Shown here: piece after piece, positions 1-10,067 of the stretch
Layout: each line of letters begins with the position of its first letter
Position numbering within the stretch: position 1 is the first letter of the stretch
DNA from: Eubacteriales bacterium
GTDB taxonomy: Bacteria; Bacillota; Clostridia; Saccharofermentanales; DTU023
DNA: 64,000 nt
Assembly (NCBI GenBank): GCA_030532065.1
Contig: JAUNLW010000006.1
Coordinates: 670 to 64,669 of the forward strand
Direction: 5' to 3'
Notes under the pieces: model-generated
Database searches by the model: none
Seen by the model: only the letters and a program-made list of their open reading frames with translations
What the model was told of the DNA's origin: nothing
Position numbers and translations under genes: made by a program

Positions 1-1064
1 ACGATTTCGTAGTATTCAAGACCCAGTTCAAAGAATTCTGGATCGATATCTTTGCGGCGCTCATAGAAGGTTTTTCTGGGGCCATCTTCGTTGATATCAA
101 CGCCCATGGCTTCCCATTTTTCCTGCAGCTTCTTAACTTCTGCTGCTTCATCTTCCATCCATTTAACTGTATTCTTTTCGGATTCAGACTCAGGCTCTTT
201 GCTGGCATCGTAATCAGCATCGCCTAAGTACAGGTTTTCCAGAATTTCCACGGCGCGATAAAAGTCCATACCGGGTTTTAGCTCGGGTCTATAGTGCATT
301 TCTAGGACCAGCCAGTCGAGTTCGCTGAGCTGCGGTGAAGCCGGGACTTCGGAGTAGAAAATGCTGTCTTCGTAGTCGGGAGCGAGGCTCAAGAAGCCTA
401 ACATCTGGACCAGAGCTTGATGAGAGAAGGTCAGGCATTCTTCATCGGATTCGGTTTTGTCAAAAGCGACACCGGCGGTAGCCGAGAAGAGGCGATAGAG
501 GGGGTCACCAGTCCAATTGACATAGTAACCAGCCTGCTTCTTGAGACCGTCAAATTCGACGTCGCCCAGGTATTTTTGAGTAGCGACTAAAAATCTGATA
601 TTGGCAGGTCCATCGCCTTTAGCGTAGATGCTGATCTCAGGCAGGCAGCCTAAGCGGTTGAGCTGGTCGACAAAAGCCTGCATTTGTTCCAGATATGCTT
701 TCTTGACCTCAGCGTTGCCGCGACGATCTTCGATGCCGATGCGGATAGGAGAGGTCCACTTTTTGACGTAATAGTTCATCTCCACGTCGCGTACTTCGTA
801 ACCAGCAACTTTCTTATAGTACTCAATACCGGCTTCAAAGAAAGCAGGGTCAATCTCATCTTTGCGATCAAAGAAAGGCTTGCGATCAGCTAAAGGATCT
901 TCTGCCGGAGTTTCCAGAGGGTTGATTAGATCGGACTTTGGGTCTTGATCGGTCTCAGTTTCCGCCAATAAGGGGGAGGTGAAAAGTCCCAGACTCAAGC
1001 AGAACATAAGCGCTACAATCAGCATTCTATTGAGAGGGCTAGTGGTGAGTTTTTTACTTTGCAT
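1..1064 (-). CDS. Secreted protein with DUF2927-like domain (partial, runs off window start; absent from ORF track)
   Basis: Manual translation of most of the frame: GGAG RBS, ATG at 1064, MQSKKLTTSPLNRMLIVALMFCLSLGLFTSPLLA signal-like N-terminus; YVKKWTSPIRI and QALVQMLGFLSLAPDYEDSIFY...LSELDWLVLEMHYRPELKPGM resemble DUF2927. Confidence 0.65.
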   Translation of the reverse strand, partial: MQSKKLTTSPLNRMLIVALMFCLSLGLFTSPLLAETETDQDPKSDLINPLETPAEDPLADRKPFFDRKDEIDPAFFEAGIEYYKKVAGYEVRDVEMNYYVKKWTSPIRIGIEDRRGNAEVKKAYLEQMQAFVDQLNRLGCLPEISIYAKGDGPANIRFLVATQKYLGDVEFDGLKKQAGYYVNWTGDPLYRLFSATAGVAFDKTESDEECLTFSHQALVQMLGFLSLAPDYEDSIFYSEVPASPQLSELDWLVLEMHYRPELKPGMDFYRAVEILENLYLGDADYDASKEPESESEKNTVKWMEDEAAEVKKLQEKWEAMGVDINEDGPRKTFYERRKDIDPEFFELGLEYYEI

Positions 1065-1310
1065 TGTTTTCTCCTATAAAGGGATCGATTAGGCAAGTGG
1101 CTTAAAAGGAGGCACTCGTCTTGACTGATTGACTATGATACTCATTATAAATAGCTGTAACTTTAGGCGCAAATTATGACTATTTCGCAAGATAATAGTG
1201 TATAAAGCGTAATCTTAGTGTAGAATAATCATATGGTAAATAAGCAGCTTGCGAGTACTGCTGTAGCCCACAAGACTGCCATCGTTATACAGCAGAGAAA
1301 GCAGGCTATT

Positions 1311-1898
1311 ATGAATCCCAAAAAACTTCAAAGCAATAAATTTACCGCTATTATGCTGGGTGTTGCTCTGATAATTTTTAGTATTTACACTCTCAGCCGC
1401 CCGCAGTTGACCTTGACTGCCATGTCTTTAGTCTTTGGCGTGCTTATGCTCCTCAACGGCTTATCTCATATCTTATATTTCTTCTCTATTGAGGCTCCTG
1501 GGCAAGGCAATGAACTGAGCCCGAAAGGATCGGTCACCAGTAGCAAGCGCACCTGTAGGCACTATCTAAACTTTATCCTGGGTATTATTTTCTCAGTATT
1601 TGGCATTTTCCTGCTCTTCCGCCTGGAATTTGCCGGTAAGCTGCTGATCTACATCGTCGGTGTCTGGCTGATCGTTGATGGCCTTTTTGGTATTAGCCTG
1701 GCTTTGAAAGCTAATTCTGGCAAGCTGAGAAACAGCGTCCTGACCTTGGGCATCATAATCATTGTCGGAGGCATCCTGGTAATTGTCTTCCACAATGCTG
1801 CAGGAGTCTTGCTTAACATTATCGTGGGCCTGTCACTCTTAGCCGATGGCCTGCGTCTCCTCCTGGGAGCCATCCTTCTACCGACCGTATCAGACTAA
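1311..1898 (+). CDS. HdeD/DUF308 family membrane protein
   Basis: Six hydrophobic segments in repeated G-rich pairs; start moved to MNPKK. Confidence 0.7.
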   Translation: MNPKKLQSNKFTAIMLGVALIIFSIYTLSRPQLTLTAMSLVFGVLMLLNGLSHILYFFSIEAPGQGNELSPKGSVTSSKRTCRHYLNFILGIIFSVFGIFLLFRLEFAGKLLIYIVGVWLIVDGLFGISLALKANSGKLRNSVLTLGIIIIVGGILVIVFHNAAGVLLNIIVGLSLLADGLRLLLGAILLPTVSD

Positions 1899-1921
1899 TC
1901 CTTTAGAAAGCAGGTTTACTT

Positions 1922-2275
1922 ATGCTCTTTGTTTGCTATCCCAAATGCACTACTTGCCAAAAAGCCCGTAAGTGGCTGGAAGAACACAAGTTTGGCTTCA
2001 GCTTGCGAGATATAAAAGAAGATCGCCCGACTGAAGCAGAACTCCGCCTCTGGTATGAGCAAAGCGGCTTGAACTTAAAAAGGTTCTTTAACACCAGTGG
2101 TATGCTTTATCGTCAGCAAAAACTCAAAGATAAATTGCCTGCCATGACTGAAGATGAGCAACTGGCGCTGCTGGCGACAGACGGCATGCTGGTCAAGCGC
2201 CCGATTTTGGTTACTGAGGACCGGGTACTGGTAGGCTTCAAAGAAAAAGAGTGGGAAGAAGCTCTGCTTGGCTGA
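1922..2275 (+). CDS. ArsC/Spx-like (YffB/YusI-type) thioredoxin-fold protein
   Basis: YPKCTTCQKA CxxC, FFNTSG, MLVKRPIL motifs. Confidence 0.9.
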   Translation: MLFVCYPKCTTCQKARKWLEEHKFGFSLRDIKEDRPTEAELRLWYEQSGLNLKRFFNTSGMLYRQQKLKDKLPAMTEDEQLALLATDGMLVKRPILVTEDRVLVGFKEKEWEEALLG

Positions 2276-2306
2276 TAATTTAAAGCTCTGCTTGGCTGAT
2301 AATTTA
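2259..2306 (+). repeat. Perfect 24-bp tandem duplication spanning the stop codon of the ArsC-like gene
   Basis: AAGCTCTGCTTGGCTGATAATTTA at 2259-2282 and 2283-2306. Confidence 0.95.
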
Positions 2307-2387
2307 AGGGATATTTAGCTAGAAATAGCTACCAATCATAAAGTTAAAGAGCAAGTCCCCATTCCAAAAAGCTCTCCCTAACCAATA

Positions 2388-2422
2388 CGCCCCCTCCGCG
2401 AGCCTTTTCGCGAGGGGGGGCG
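2388..2422. terminator. GC-rich hairpin between convergent genes
   Basis: CGCCCCCTCCGCGA...TCGCGAGGGGGGGCG. Confidence 0.6.
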
Positions 2423-2458
2423 CTGTTTTGAGAGAGAAAAAAATGAAGCCGAAGGCTA

Positions 2459-3031
2459 TTACTTTACGAGTTTTACCCGCTTGCTGATGTCTTCCTTAGA
2501 CTTAGGATTTGGCTCAGCCAGGATACGACCAAAGGGCATTTGCGCTACCAGCTTATAAGAAGCAGGCAGGTTGAAGAGTTTCCTCACGCTTTCGTCGATG
2601 ATCGGATTATAGTGCTGCAAGGAAGCGCCGACGCCGAGTTCGCGCAGACCGGACCAAATGCTAAGCTGCAGCATACCGGAGGCTTGATTTGCCCAGATAG
2701 GAAAATTATCGGCATAGGTTGGGAATTGCTCCTGCATGCCTTTTACAACGTCCTGGTCGTAGAAATAGAGGATAGTACCAGCACCGGCCTTGAAGCTGTC
2801 GATCTTTTCGCGAGGGACTTTGCCACCGAAAGCATCGTAAATGGCATCCCAGAGAATAGCCTGCTGATCACCCAGAGCGATTACTACGCGGCTGGACTTC
2901 ATATCAAAAGCATCGGGAACCAGCTCGGTTAGCGTTTCAACCATGTCTACGATCTTGTCCGTAGAAACTTCCAACTGGTTGTCGATCTGGTAACAGGTGC
3001 GTCTATTTTTCAGTGAATCTATAATATGCAT
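2459..3031 (-). CDS. Nitroreductase family protein (Frm2/HBN1-like)
   Basis: RRTCY N-terminus, GASLQHYNP, LVAQMPFG motifs. Confidence 0.85.
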   Translation of the reverse strand: MHIIDSLKNRRTCYQIDNQLEVSTDKIVDMVETLTELVPDAFDMKSSRVVIALGDQQAILWDAIYDAFGGKVPREKIDSFKAGAGTILYFYDQDVVKGMQEQFPTYADNFPIWANQASGMLQLSIWSGLRELGVGASLQHYNPIIDESVRKLFNLPASYKLVAQMPFGRILAEPNPKSKEDISKRVKLVK

Positions 3032-3245
3032 ATATTTCCTCCTTGCACACTACCCGGCAATACCGGATGCAGAGTAGTTTCTATTAATTACATTGATATT
3101 CTAGCAAGGAGAAAAGAAAGTGTAGGTAAGTTTTGTGACCCTTTTGGCCTTGCTATTTGTAGTTGGCCTGTAATGGCGCTCCGCTCAGACCTTGATTATA
3201 ATCTTATTACAAGCTGGTTAATGCCTACTGACGGGAGGTAGCGAT

Positions 3246-5507
3246 ATGCATAAAATAGACATAGATATACAAGCCTTAATGGATTATTTTGGTACTTGGT
3301 ACCAGGATGACGAGAAGGTGGCAGAGGCGCGGATTTCCCAACAACTCTACCCCTACACCAAGTTATTCCAACCCATCCATATGAACCGACTGGAGCTCAA
3401 AAACCGCCTGGTCATGGCACCTATGGGTAATATTAATATGGGTGAAGAAGCTGGTCGTCCTTCTTCCTCGATGGTGGCTTATTTTGAGGAAAGAGCTAAA
3501 GGTGGTGTGGGTCTGATTACTTCAGGCCTGATACCGGTGTCTCAAGGTCTGGACCCCAGTCTTTTGGAAAAAGACAATCTCAGTTATTTCCCCCGCATCT
3601 CTGGAAACCGTGTTTTTAATTCTGGCTGGCGCGATATAGCCCGTGCCTGCCAGGCTCAGGGCAGCGCCTTCTTTATCCAGCTAACTGCGGGCCTGGGCAG
3701 AGTAGGTAGCCCCGAATGTGTACAAACACACAAGAAATTCCCTCGCTCCGCCTCCTTTAATCCGAACTTCTATGTGCCGAATGTAACTTGCTTCCGTTTT
3801 TCTGACCGCACGCTGAAGAAAATCGTAAAACGCATGGGCCAGGCTGCCTTGGATGCTAAAGCCATGGGGATAGATGGAGTTTATCTCCATGCCCATGAAG
3901 GCTATCTTATGGAGCAGTTAGCTAACCCCGCTTATAACCGTCGTTCTTTTGGCCGCTACAGTGATCCAAAACGCTTTGGCCTTGATATCGTGGAAGAAAT
4001 TCGTAAACAAGTGGGACCGAATTATCCCATCATGTTCCGCATTGATCTGTCGTTGGCCCTTAATGAATGCTACGGCGATCGTATGACTTCAGATAAAGTG
4101 CTGAAAAAATTTGCCGCCGGTAGGACACCGGAAGAGACCCTGACCTATATGGAAGCTCTGATCGAGGCCGGCGTAGATGCCTTTGACGTAGACCTCGGCT
4201 GCTATGAGAACTGGTGGTTACCGCATCCACCCACCTACATGCCTCCGGCCTGCTTCCGCCAGGTAGCGGCCTACTGCAAGTCTCATCTGGCTGATAAAGG
4301 ACTCAAATCTAAGGCAGGCTATGAGATCCCGGTAGTTGCCGTGGGTAAGTTAGGCAATCCCGATGTGGCAGAAGATGTCTTGCGTGAAGAACAGGCAGAT
4401 ATGGTCATGTTGGGTCGACCGCTCTTGGCAGACCCTTACTGGCCAAAGAAAGCTTATGCTGGACAAGCCAAATATATCCGCCCCTGCATTGGCTGTCAGG
4501 ATGCTTGCGTGCATGAGTTTGTAGAAGGTGGCAGACCACAGTGTACTGTCAATCCGCGCTGTAGTTTTGAGGATAAATTTCCGCGCGAACTTGCGCTTAG
4601 TAGAAATCCGAAAAAGATCGCGGTGGCAGGCGCTGGACCGGCCGGTATGGAAGCGGCTCTGACCCTCTGGCAACGTGGCAATGAGGTCTATCTTTACGAT
4701 GCGGCCGACAAACCAGGTGGCACGGTACGCTACGGTATCCATGGTGGCTATAAGGTGGATCTGGAAAACTTACTTAGCTGGTACGAAGCTCGTCTGGCAG
4801 TGGCCGTGGAGAGCCCCAGTTTCCATTATTTCCCCGGTACTTTAGCTAGCGTAAGCCTCCTGGAAGACGAACGCTTTGATATCATCCTTTGCGCTACCGG
4901 CGCTAAGGCCAGAACTTTGAGCTTTGAGGGAGCTGACCAGGCCGTGAGCGGCATCGCTTTCTGCCAAAAACCGGAACTGGCCGAAGGCAAGAAAAATATC
5001 GTTATCGTTGGCGCGGGAAGCATCGGTATGGAGCTGGCGTTGGGCCTGTCCGATGATCCTGAGCGCAAGGTAACGCTGGTAGAAGCAGGTCCCTACGCTA
5101 TGCAAAATGTCTGCACGGCAAACCGCGGCTATCTCTTGCACTATCTGCAGGAGAAGGGAGGCCAGCTTTATAATTGCTCGCAAGCCCTGGGCTACAAGAA
5201 CGGTGAATTCCGCTTTAAGCAGAATGTTTCGAAGACGGTGCCCGACCCCTGGGTAACCTGGACGCCAGTGTTAGCCGATAATGTCAACAACCCCTTCCGC
5301 ACCCCCTTGCGTGAGGAGTGGCAAGAGCGATCTATCCCCTGTGACCTCTGCATTGTAGCCGTAGGCTCTAAGGCCGATGATCAGCTCTATAAAGACCTGG
5401 TGACAAATTATTGCGCGCCAGAAGTAAGAAAACTGGGAGACGCGGACCGACCCGCTACTATTCGCCAAGCCATCCACGCTGGTTATCGCCTGGGTATCAG
5501 CCTTTAG
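3246..5507 (+). CDS. NADH:flavin oxidoreductase (Old Yellow Enzyme, 2-enoate/dienoyl-CoA reductase type, Fe-S/FAD)
   Basis: LKNRLVMAPM, HAHEGYL, CIGCQDAC...C Fe-S motif, GAGPAG FAD/NAD motif. Confidence 0.85.
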   Translation: MHKIDIDIQALMDYFGTWYQDDEKVAEARISQQLYPYTKLFQPIHMNRLELKNRLVMAPMGNINMGEEAGRPSSSMVAYFEERAKGGVGLITSGLIPVSQGLDPSLLEKDNLSYFPRISGNRVFNSGWRDIARACQAQGSAFFIQLTAGLGRVGSPECVQTHKKFPRSASFNPNFYVPNVTCFRFSDRTLKKIVKRMGQAALDAKAMGIDGVYLHAHEGYLMEQLANPAYNRRSFGRYSDPKRFGLDIVEEIRKQVGPNYPIMFRIDLSLALNECYGDRMTSDKVLKKFAAGRTPEETLTYMEALIEAGVDAFDVDLGCYENWWLPHPPTYMPPACFRQVAAYCKSHLADKGLKSKAGYEIPVVAVGKLGNPDVAEDVLREEQADMVMLGRPLLADPYWPKKAYAGQAKYIRPCIGCQDACVHEFVEGGRPQCTVNPRCSFEDKFPRELALSRNPKKIAVAGAGPAGMEAALTLWQRGNEVYLYDAADKPGGTVRYGIHGGYKVDLENLLSWYEARLAVAVESPSFHYFPGTLASVSLLEDERFDIILCATGAKARTLSFEGADQAVSGIAFCQKPELAEGKKNIVIVGAGSIGMELALGLSDDPERKVTLVEAGPYAMQNVCTANRGYLLHYLQEKGGQLYNCSQALGYKNGEFRFKQNVSKTVPDPWVTWTPVLADNVNNPFRTPLREEWQERSIPCDLCIVAVGSKADDQLYKDLVTNYCAPEVRKLGDADRPATIRQAIHAGYRLGISL

Positions 5508-5519
5508 AGGTAAATTGCC

Positions 5520-6593
5520 TTGAGTCAGAAAAGGGTTAAAGTTGCCTTAGTTGGCTGCGGCCGGATCGCGGCTAAGCACCTTAAGGCCTTGCGCTATCAA
5601 GAAAAGCGAGGCCGTTGTAGTCTTGTGGCTGTGGCCGACCGTAATCAAGAGCAAGGGCGGGATAACTTAAAAATTCATTATCCTGAGAGCGAACGTGTAG
5701 ACTTTTACAGTGGTCTGGAGGAGCTATTGGCTCAGGAAACGGTGGACCTGGTGGTGATCACCACACCTTCTGGCAGCCACAGGGACCTGGCCCTGACAGC
5801 GATTAGCCAGGGCATGCATCTTCTGGTAGAAAAGCCGTTGGCCATGAACTTGGAAGATGCGGTTCAGATCCAACAAGCAGCGGAACAAGCTGGTGTAAAG
5901 CTAGCTTTAGGCCATATTTATCGCTATTTCCCCGTGATGCAAGACCTGCGGGGTAAACTTGCCGCAGGGGCTTTTGGCAAGATCTACTACGGGACCGTAG
6001 TGGTACGTTGGGGTCATGACCAAGCCTACTATGACGCAACACCCTGGCGGGGAACCCGGGCAGCTGACGGCGGCGTGATCCTCAATCAATCGGTCCATGC
6101 CCTGGACCTGATGCGCTGGCTTCTGGTTGCGGAAGATCAGGAAATCCTCACTTGCCAGGGACAAGCGACGACACAGAGTCACCAAATGGAATCAGAAGAT
6201 CTGGCTTTCGGTATTTTTGAGTTTGCCAACGGCAGCTATCTTTCCTATGAAGGCAGTACTTCCACCCAGGAAGACTACCACGAAGCACGATTTTTTATCT
6301 GTACAGAAAAAGCCGATATCAGAGCTGGCATTAAGAAGGGCAAACCCTATATTTCTATCCGCCAAGACGGCAAAGACTATGGTAAGGCTTATTTGAGAAA
6401 TTTCCTCTGGAGGCAGGCGCAAGAAGAAGGCCTGGCTTCACTCGGCAGCCTAACCAATCCGCATACTGCTATTTACACTGACCTTTTGGCAGCTATCAAT
6501 GAAGGGCGTGAGCCATTGGCAGATGCAAGATCCGGCGTGAGCTCTCTGGAAATGGTAACCCTGCTCTATCGCGCCTGTGGTATTGAGGCGTAG
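5520..6593 (+). CDS. Gfo/Idh/MocA family oxidoreductase
   Basis: GCGRIA, EKPLA, GGVILNQSVHALD. Confidence 0.9.
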   Translation: MSQKRVKVALVGCGRIAAKHLKALRYQEKRGRCSLVAVADRNQEQGRDNLKIHYPESERVDFYSGLEELLAQETVDLVVITTPSGSHRDLALTAISQGMHLLVEKPLAMNLEDAVQIQQAAEQAGVKLALGHIYRYFPVMQDLRGKLAAGAFGKIYYGTVVVRWGHDQAYYDATPWRGTRAADGGVILNQSVHALDLMRWLLVAEDQEILTCQGQATTQSHQMESEDLAFGIFEFANGSYLSYEGSTSTQEDYHEARFFICTEKADIRAGIKKGKPYISIRQDGKDYGKAYLRNFLWRQAQEEGLASLGSLTNPHTAIYTDLLAAINEGREPLADARSGVSSLEMVTLLYRACGIEA

Positions 6594-6638
6594 CGCTGCG
6601 ATGACGGTCCAAGTTGTCTACACCGGTTCGGCTTAACA

Positions 6639-6667
6639 TTCACAAAGCTGCCTAAATGCGGTATGAT
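6639..6667 (+). promoter_or_regulatory. SigA-type promoter for 6S RNA and cysS operon
   Basis: TTCACA-17 bp-TATGAT. Confidence 0.7.
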
Positions 6668-6673
6668 AACAGC

Positions 6674-6841
6674 ACCTGGAGTGCGTGAGCTGCTTCATTT
6701 TTGACCCTACATGATATAAACGGGAGCCTAGAGTCGATGTGGAATACAGTCAAACCTTTCAGAGGAAGACTCAAGACCACCGCAGGGCACCCACCTTGCT
6801 TTTGGGCGAGGTGTCAAAAAGGAGTGGCCCGCATTTCGGGT
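6674..6841 (+). ncRNA. ssrS: 6S RNA
   Basis: Long terminal rod (ACCTGGAGTGCG/CGCATTTCGGGT, GCTGCTTC/GGAGTGGC, TTTTTGAC/GTCAAAAA) with Firmicute 6S central motifs AAACGGGAGCC and GGCACCCACCT. Confidence 0.85.
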
Positions 6842-6860
6842 TTTTTCATAGGAGGCAGAC

Positions 6861-8264
6861 ATGCGTATCTACAATGACCTTTCCCGCAAGAAAGAAGAGC
6901 TAATTCCACAAGTACCCGGCGAATACAAGATCTATGTATGTGGCCCCACTGTATATGATTTTTTCCATCTGGGTAACGCTAGACCCTTTATCGTCTACGA
7001 TACTTTGCGCCGTTATTTAGAATATCGGGGCAACAAGGTGATCTATGTCCAAAACTTTACCGATATTGACGACAAGGTCATCCGCAGAGCACACGAAGAA
7101 GGTATTGATTATAAAGAACTGACCGACCGCATGATTAAGGAATATTTTACTGACGCGGGCGGACTTAATGTAAAACCGGCTACCTCCCATCCGCGGGCCA
7201 CCGAGTGCATGGACGATATCATTGATATGATCAAAATCCTCTACGACAAAGGTTATGCCTATGTCATTGAAGGTGATGGTGTCTACTTCGAGACGGCAAA
7301 ATTCCCTGACTACGGTAAGCTGTCTCATCGTGATCAGGAAGAGAGCGAGCATGAGTCGCGTGTGGCTCACAATGCTGATAAACGCTCTGAATCCGATTTT
7401 GTGCTCTGGAAATTTAAGAAACCTGGCGAACCTGCCTGGCCTTCACCTTGGGGCGAAGGCCGTCCCGGCTGGCATATTGAGTGCTCAGCCATGAATAAGA
7501 GGTTTCTGGGCCTGACCGTAGATATTCATGGTGGTGGACAGGACCTCATTTTCCCGCACCACGAGAATGAGATCGCGCAGAGCGAAGCTGCCAACGGCGC
7601 TCCTTTCGTGCGTTATTGGATGCATAACGGCTTTGTCAATGTGGACAACGAGAAAATGGCCAAATCCGTGGGCAACTTCTTTACCGTAAGAGACCTGGCT
7701 CAACGTTATCCCTATGCCGTGATCCGCTTTTTTATGCTGCAAGCCCATTACCGTATGCCGATCAACTTTACCGCTGAGCTCTTGGAAGCTGCCCACAATG
7801 GCTGGCAGCGCCTGGTAAATTTCGCGGGCAATCTCAGCTATCGGCTGTCTCAGCCGCAAGCAGATGACGCTAAGGCTCCGGGTCAGGTCAAGGAACTAAT
7901 CGCGGAAACGCGTAAGTCTTTCCGTGAGGCCATGGATGATGATCTGAATACAGCCGACGCTTTTGGCGCTATCTTCAGCTTTGTACGTGAGTTTAATACG
8001 CTCTTAGCCGGTCATAAACTGGCCAGGGAAGACCTGCAGGCAGGCCTTGATTTGTTGGCCGAGCTCTTGGATGTATTGGGCCTTGACCCCTTGGTGGAAG
8101 AAACAGAAGAGATCCCAGAAGAAGTAAAAGAGCTGGCGGCAAAGCGTCAGGAAGCCAAGGCGGCAAAGAACTGGCCTGAAGCCGACCGCCTGCGTGACGA
8201 GATCACGAAGAAGGGCTACAAGCTGGAGGACACGGCTGAAGGCAGTCGTTTGGTAAAACTATAA
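6861..8264 (+). CDS. cysS: Cysteine--tRNA ligase
   Basis: YVCGPTVY, HLGNAR (HIGH), GRPGWHIECSAM, KMAKS. Confidence 0.98.
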   Translation: MRIYNDLSRKKEELIPQVPGEYKIYVCGPTVYDFFHLGNARPFIVYDTLRRYLEYRGNKVIYVQNFTDIDDKVIRRAHEEGIDYKELTDRMIKEYFTDAGGLNVKPATSHPRATECMDDIIDMIKILYDKGYAYVIEGDGVYFETAKFPDYGKLSHRDQEESEHESRVAHNADKRSESDFVLWKFKKPGEPAWPSPWGEGRPGWHIECSAMNKRFLGLTVDIHGGGQDLIFPHHENEIAQSEAANGAPFVRYWMHNGFVNVDNEKMAKSVGNFFTVRDLAQRYPYAVIRFFMLQAHYRMPINFTAELLEAAHNGWQRLVNFAGNLSYRLSQPQADDAKAPGQVKELIAETRKSFREAMDDDLNTADAFGAIFSFVREFNTLLAGHKLAREDLQAGLDLLAELLDVLGLDPLVEETEEIPEEVKELAAKRQEAKAAKNWPEADRLRDEITKKGYKLEDTAEGSRLVKL

Positions 8265-8265
8265 G

Positions 8266-8682
8266 ATGAAACACGCTGTTTTAGAGCGCGAGGAACTCCT
8301 ACAAATACCGACCAGCTCGCTGGCTTACCTGGGCGACGCAATCTATGAGCTATATGTACGCGAACGTCTGGTATTACGCCATAAAGGCCAGTCGGGACCA
8401 CTATTTAAGGAGTCGCTTTGCTATGTGGAGCAAGGCAGGCAGGCAGCAGGAATCGAGCATATTGTCCCGCAGCTGACAGAGGAAGAATTGGCCCTGGTCA
8501 AAAGATCCAGAAACCACGTGCCGGCCTCCAGACCCCGCAAGAAAGACCCAGCTGAATATCGCAAAGCGACTGCCCTGGAGGCTCTCTGTGCCTGGCTGTG
8601 GTTTTCGGGACAGGACGAAAGGCTGGAAATGCTTCTCTTAGAGATTTTTGAGTTTTTGGAAAGTGAAGATAACCATGAGTGA
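8266..8682 (+). CDS. mrnC: Mini-ribonuclease III
   Basis: LAYLGDAIYELYVR, YRKATALEAL; synteny after cysS. Confidence 0.92.
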   Translation: MKHAVLEREELLQIPTSSLAYLGDAIYELYVRERLVLRHKGQSGPLFKESLCYVEQGRQAAGIEHIVPQLTEEELALVKRSRNHVPASRPRKKDPAEYRKATALEALCAWLWFSGQDERLEMLLLEIFEFLESEDNHE

Positions 8683-9430
8683 GGAAAATTATCTGATTGG
8701 CCGTAACCCGGTCCAAGAGGCTCTTAAAGCCGACAGAACGATCAATAAGGCCTGGGTGCTAGATCGCAAATCAGGTGCCGGTCGAGACAGTAGGCTTAAG
8801 GAAATAGCCGATCAACTTCAGGAAGCGGGTGTGATCGTCAACTATGCCAGCCGCCAGACTCTGGATCGTTTGGCTGACGGCCAGAATCACCAGGGTGTAG
8901 TAATTCAGGTAGCTGCTCAGGATTATGTTGATGCCAGAAGCTATCTGGCCGAGTTGCAGGAACAAGGCCGCCAGCCTTTTGTGCTTATCCTCGATGAATT
9001 ACAGGATGGCCATAACCTGGGCGCTTGCCTTCGGGTAGCAGATTGCTGCGATATTGATCTCGTGGTCATACCGGAAAGACGCTCAGCTTCTTTAGACCAG
9101 TTTGTGGCGAAGACTTCGGCTGGCGCGATCGAATATGTCCCGGTTGCCCGCGAGAATAATCTTACTCGTCTGGTGCTTGACCTGCAGGAGCATGGCTACT
9201 GGGTCTATGGCGCGGATGGCGAGGCGGATAAGACGCACTACGAGGCGGACTTCAAAGGCAAACTGGTCCTCATAATCGGCAATGAAGGCAAAGGTATCAG
9301 CCAGAAGCTGCGTGAGCATTGTGATTTCCTGATCAAGATCCCTATGTACGGTAAAGTTAATTCACTCAACGCTTCGGTAGCCTGCGGCATCATCGCCGCG
9401 GAAACGGCCCGTCAAAGGCATCAGGATTAA
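8675..9430 (+). CDS. rlmB: 23S rRNA (Gm2251) methyltransferase
   Basis: GRNPV, NHQGVV, GNEGKG, SLNASVA SpoU motifs; start moved to MSEENY. Confidence 0.92.
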   Translation: MSEENYLIGRNPVQEALKADRTINKAWVLDRKSGAGRDSRLKEIADQLQEAGVIVNYASRQTLDRLADGQNHQGVVIQVAAQDYVDARSYLAELQEQGRQPFVLILDELQDGHNLGACLRVADCCDIDLVVIPERRSASLDQFVAKTSAGAIEYVPVARENNLTRLVLDLQEHGYWVYGADGEADKTHYEADFKGKLVLIIGNEGKGISQKLREHCDFLIKIPMYGKVNSLNASVACGIIAAETARQRHQD

Positions 9431-9434
9431 GCCA

Positions 9435-10067
9435 ATGGATACGGCAGAGCGCGACAGTAGGCTCTTAGTCCAGGCTCAGGCTGGCAGCGAAGAGGCTATG
9501 GAAAGCTTATTGGAAGCCTACAAGCCTCTGGTACTTTCGCGCGCAGCCAACTATCGCCTGGAAGGTCAGGATCGTGATGATCTGATCCAAGAAGGCATGA
9601 TCGCGCTCTTCCAGGCTATCCACAAATGCCCTCCGGAACGGAGAAACAGTTTTTCTTCCTATGCTTTTCAGACCGTAGACAACCGCATGATTGATCTCTT
9701 ACGTCAGGATCAAAGCCAGCGCGCCCAAGCCTTGAACAAGGCTCTGTCTCTGGACGCTTCTACAGAATCCGATCATGATAGCCAGGATTCCACTCTCCGC
9801 CTGGAAGACAGCGTAGCTTCAGAAGCAGTGGGCCCGGAAGAGCAAATAATCTTGAAAGAGTTCGAAAAAAGACTATATACTTGGATTGGAGAAGAACTCA
9901 GCGAGCGTGAGCGAAAGGTCCTCTTGGCCTACCTTTCCGGACTTTCCTATAAAGAGTTATCCGAAGACCTGGGCCTGAGCGAAAAAAGTGTGGACAGTGC
10001 CTTGCAAAGGGCTCGCAGCAAGCTGAGACGGCTGCGTCAGGAAGAAGGCTTAGCGATAGATCAATGA
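9435..10067 (+). CDS. sigH: RNA polymerase sigma-H type factor
   Basis: DLIQEGMIALF, LSYKELS...KSVDSALQRARSKL; conserved position after rlmB. Confidence 0.8.
   Translation: MDTAERDSRLLVQAQAGSEEAMESLLEAYKPLVLSRAANYRLEGQDRDDLIQEGMIALFQAIHKCPPERRNSFSSYAFQTVDNRMIDLLRQDQSQRAQALNKALSLDASTESDHDSQDSTLRLEDSVASEAVGPEEQIILKEFEKRLYTWIGEELSERERKVLLAYLSGLSYKELSEDLGLSEKSVDSALQRARSKLRRLRQEEGLAIDQ

Noticed and set aside
6674-6860. T-box leader expected before cysS
   Set aside because: No T-box consensus or specifier stem; end-to-end pairing and motifs fit 6S RNA
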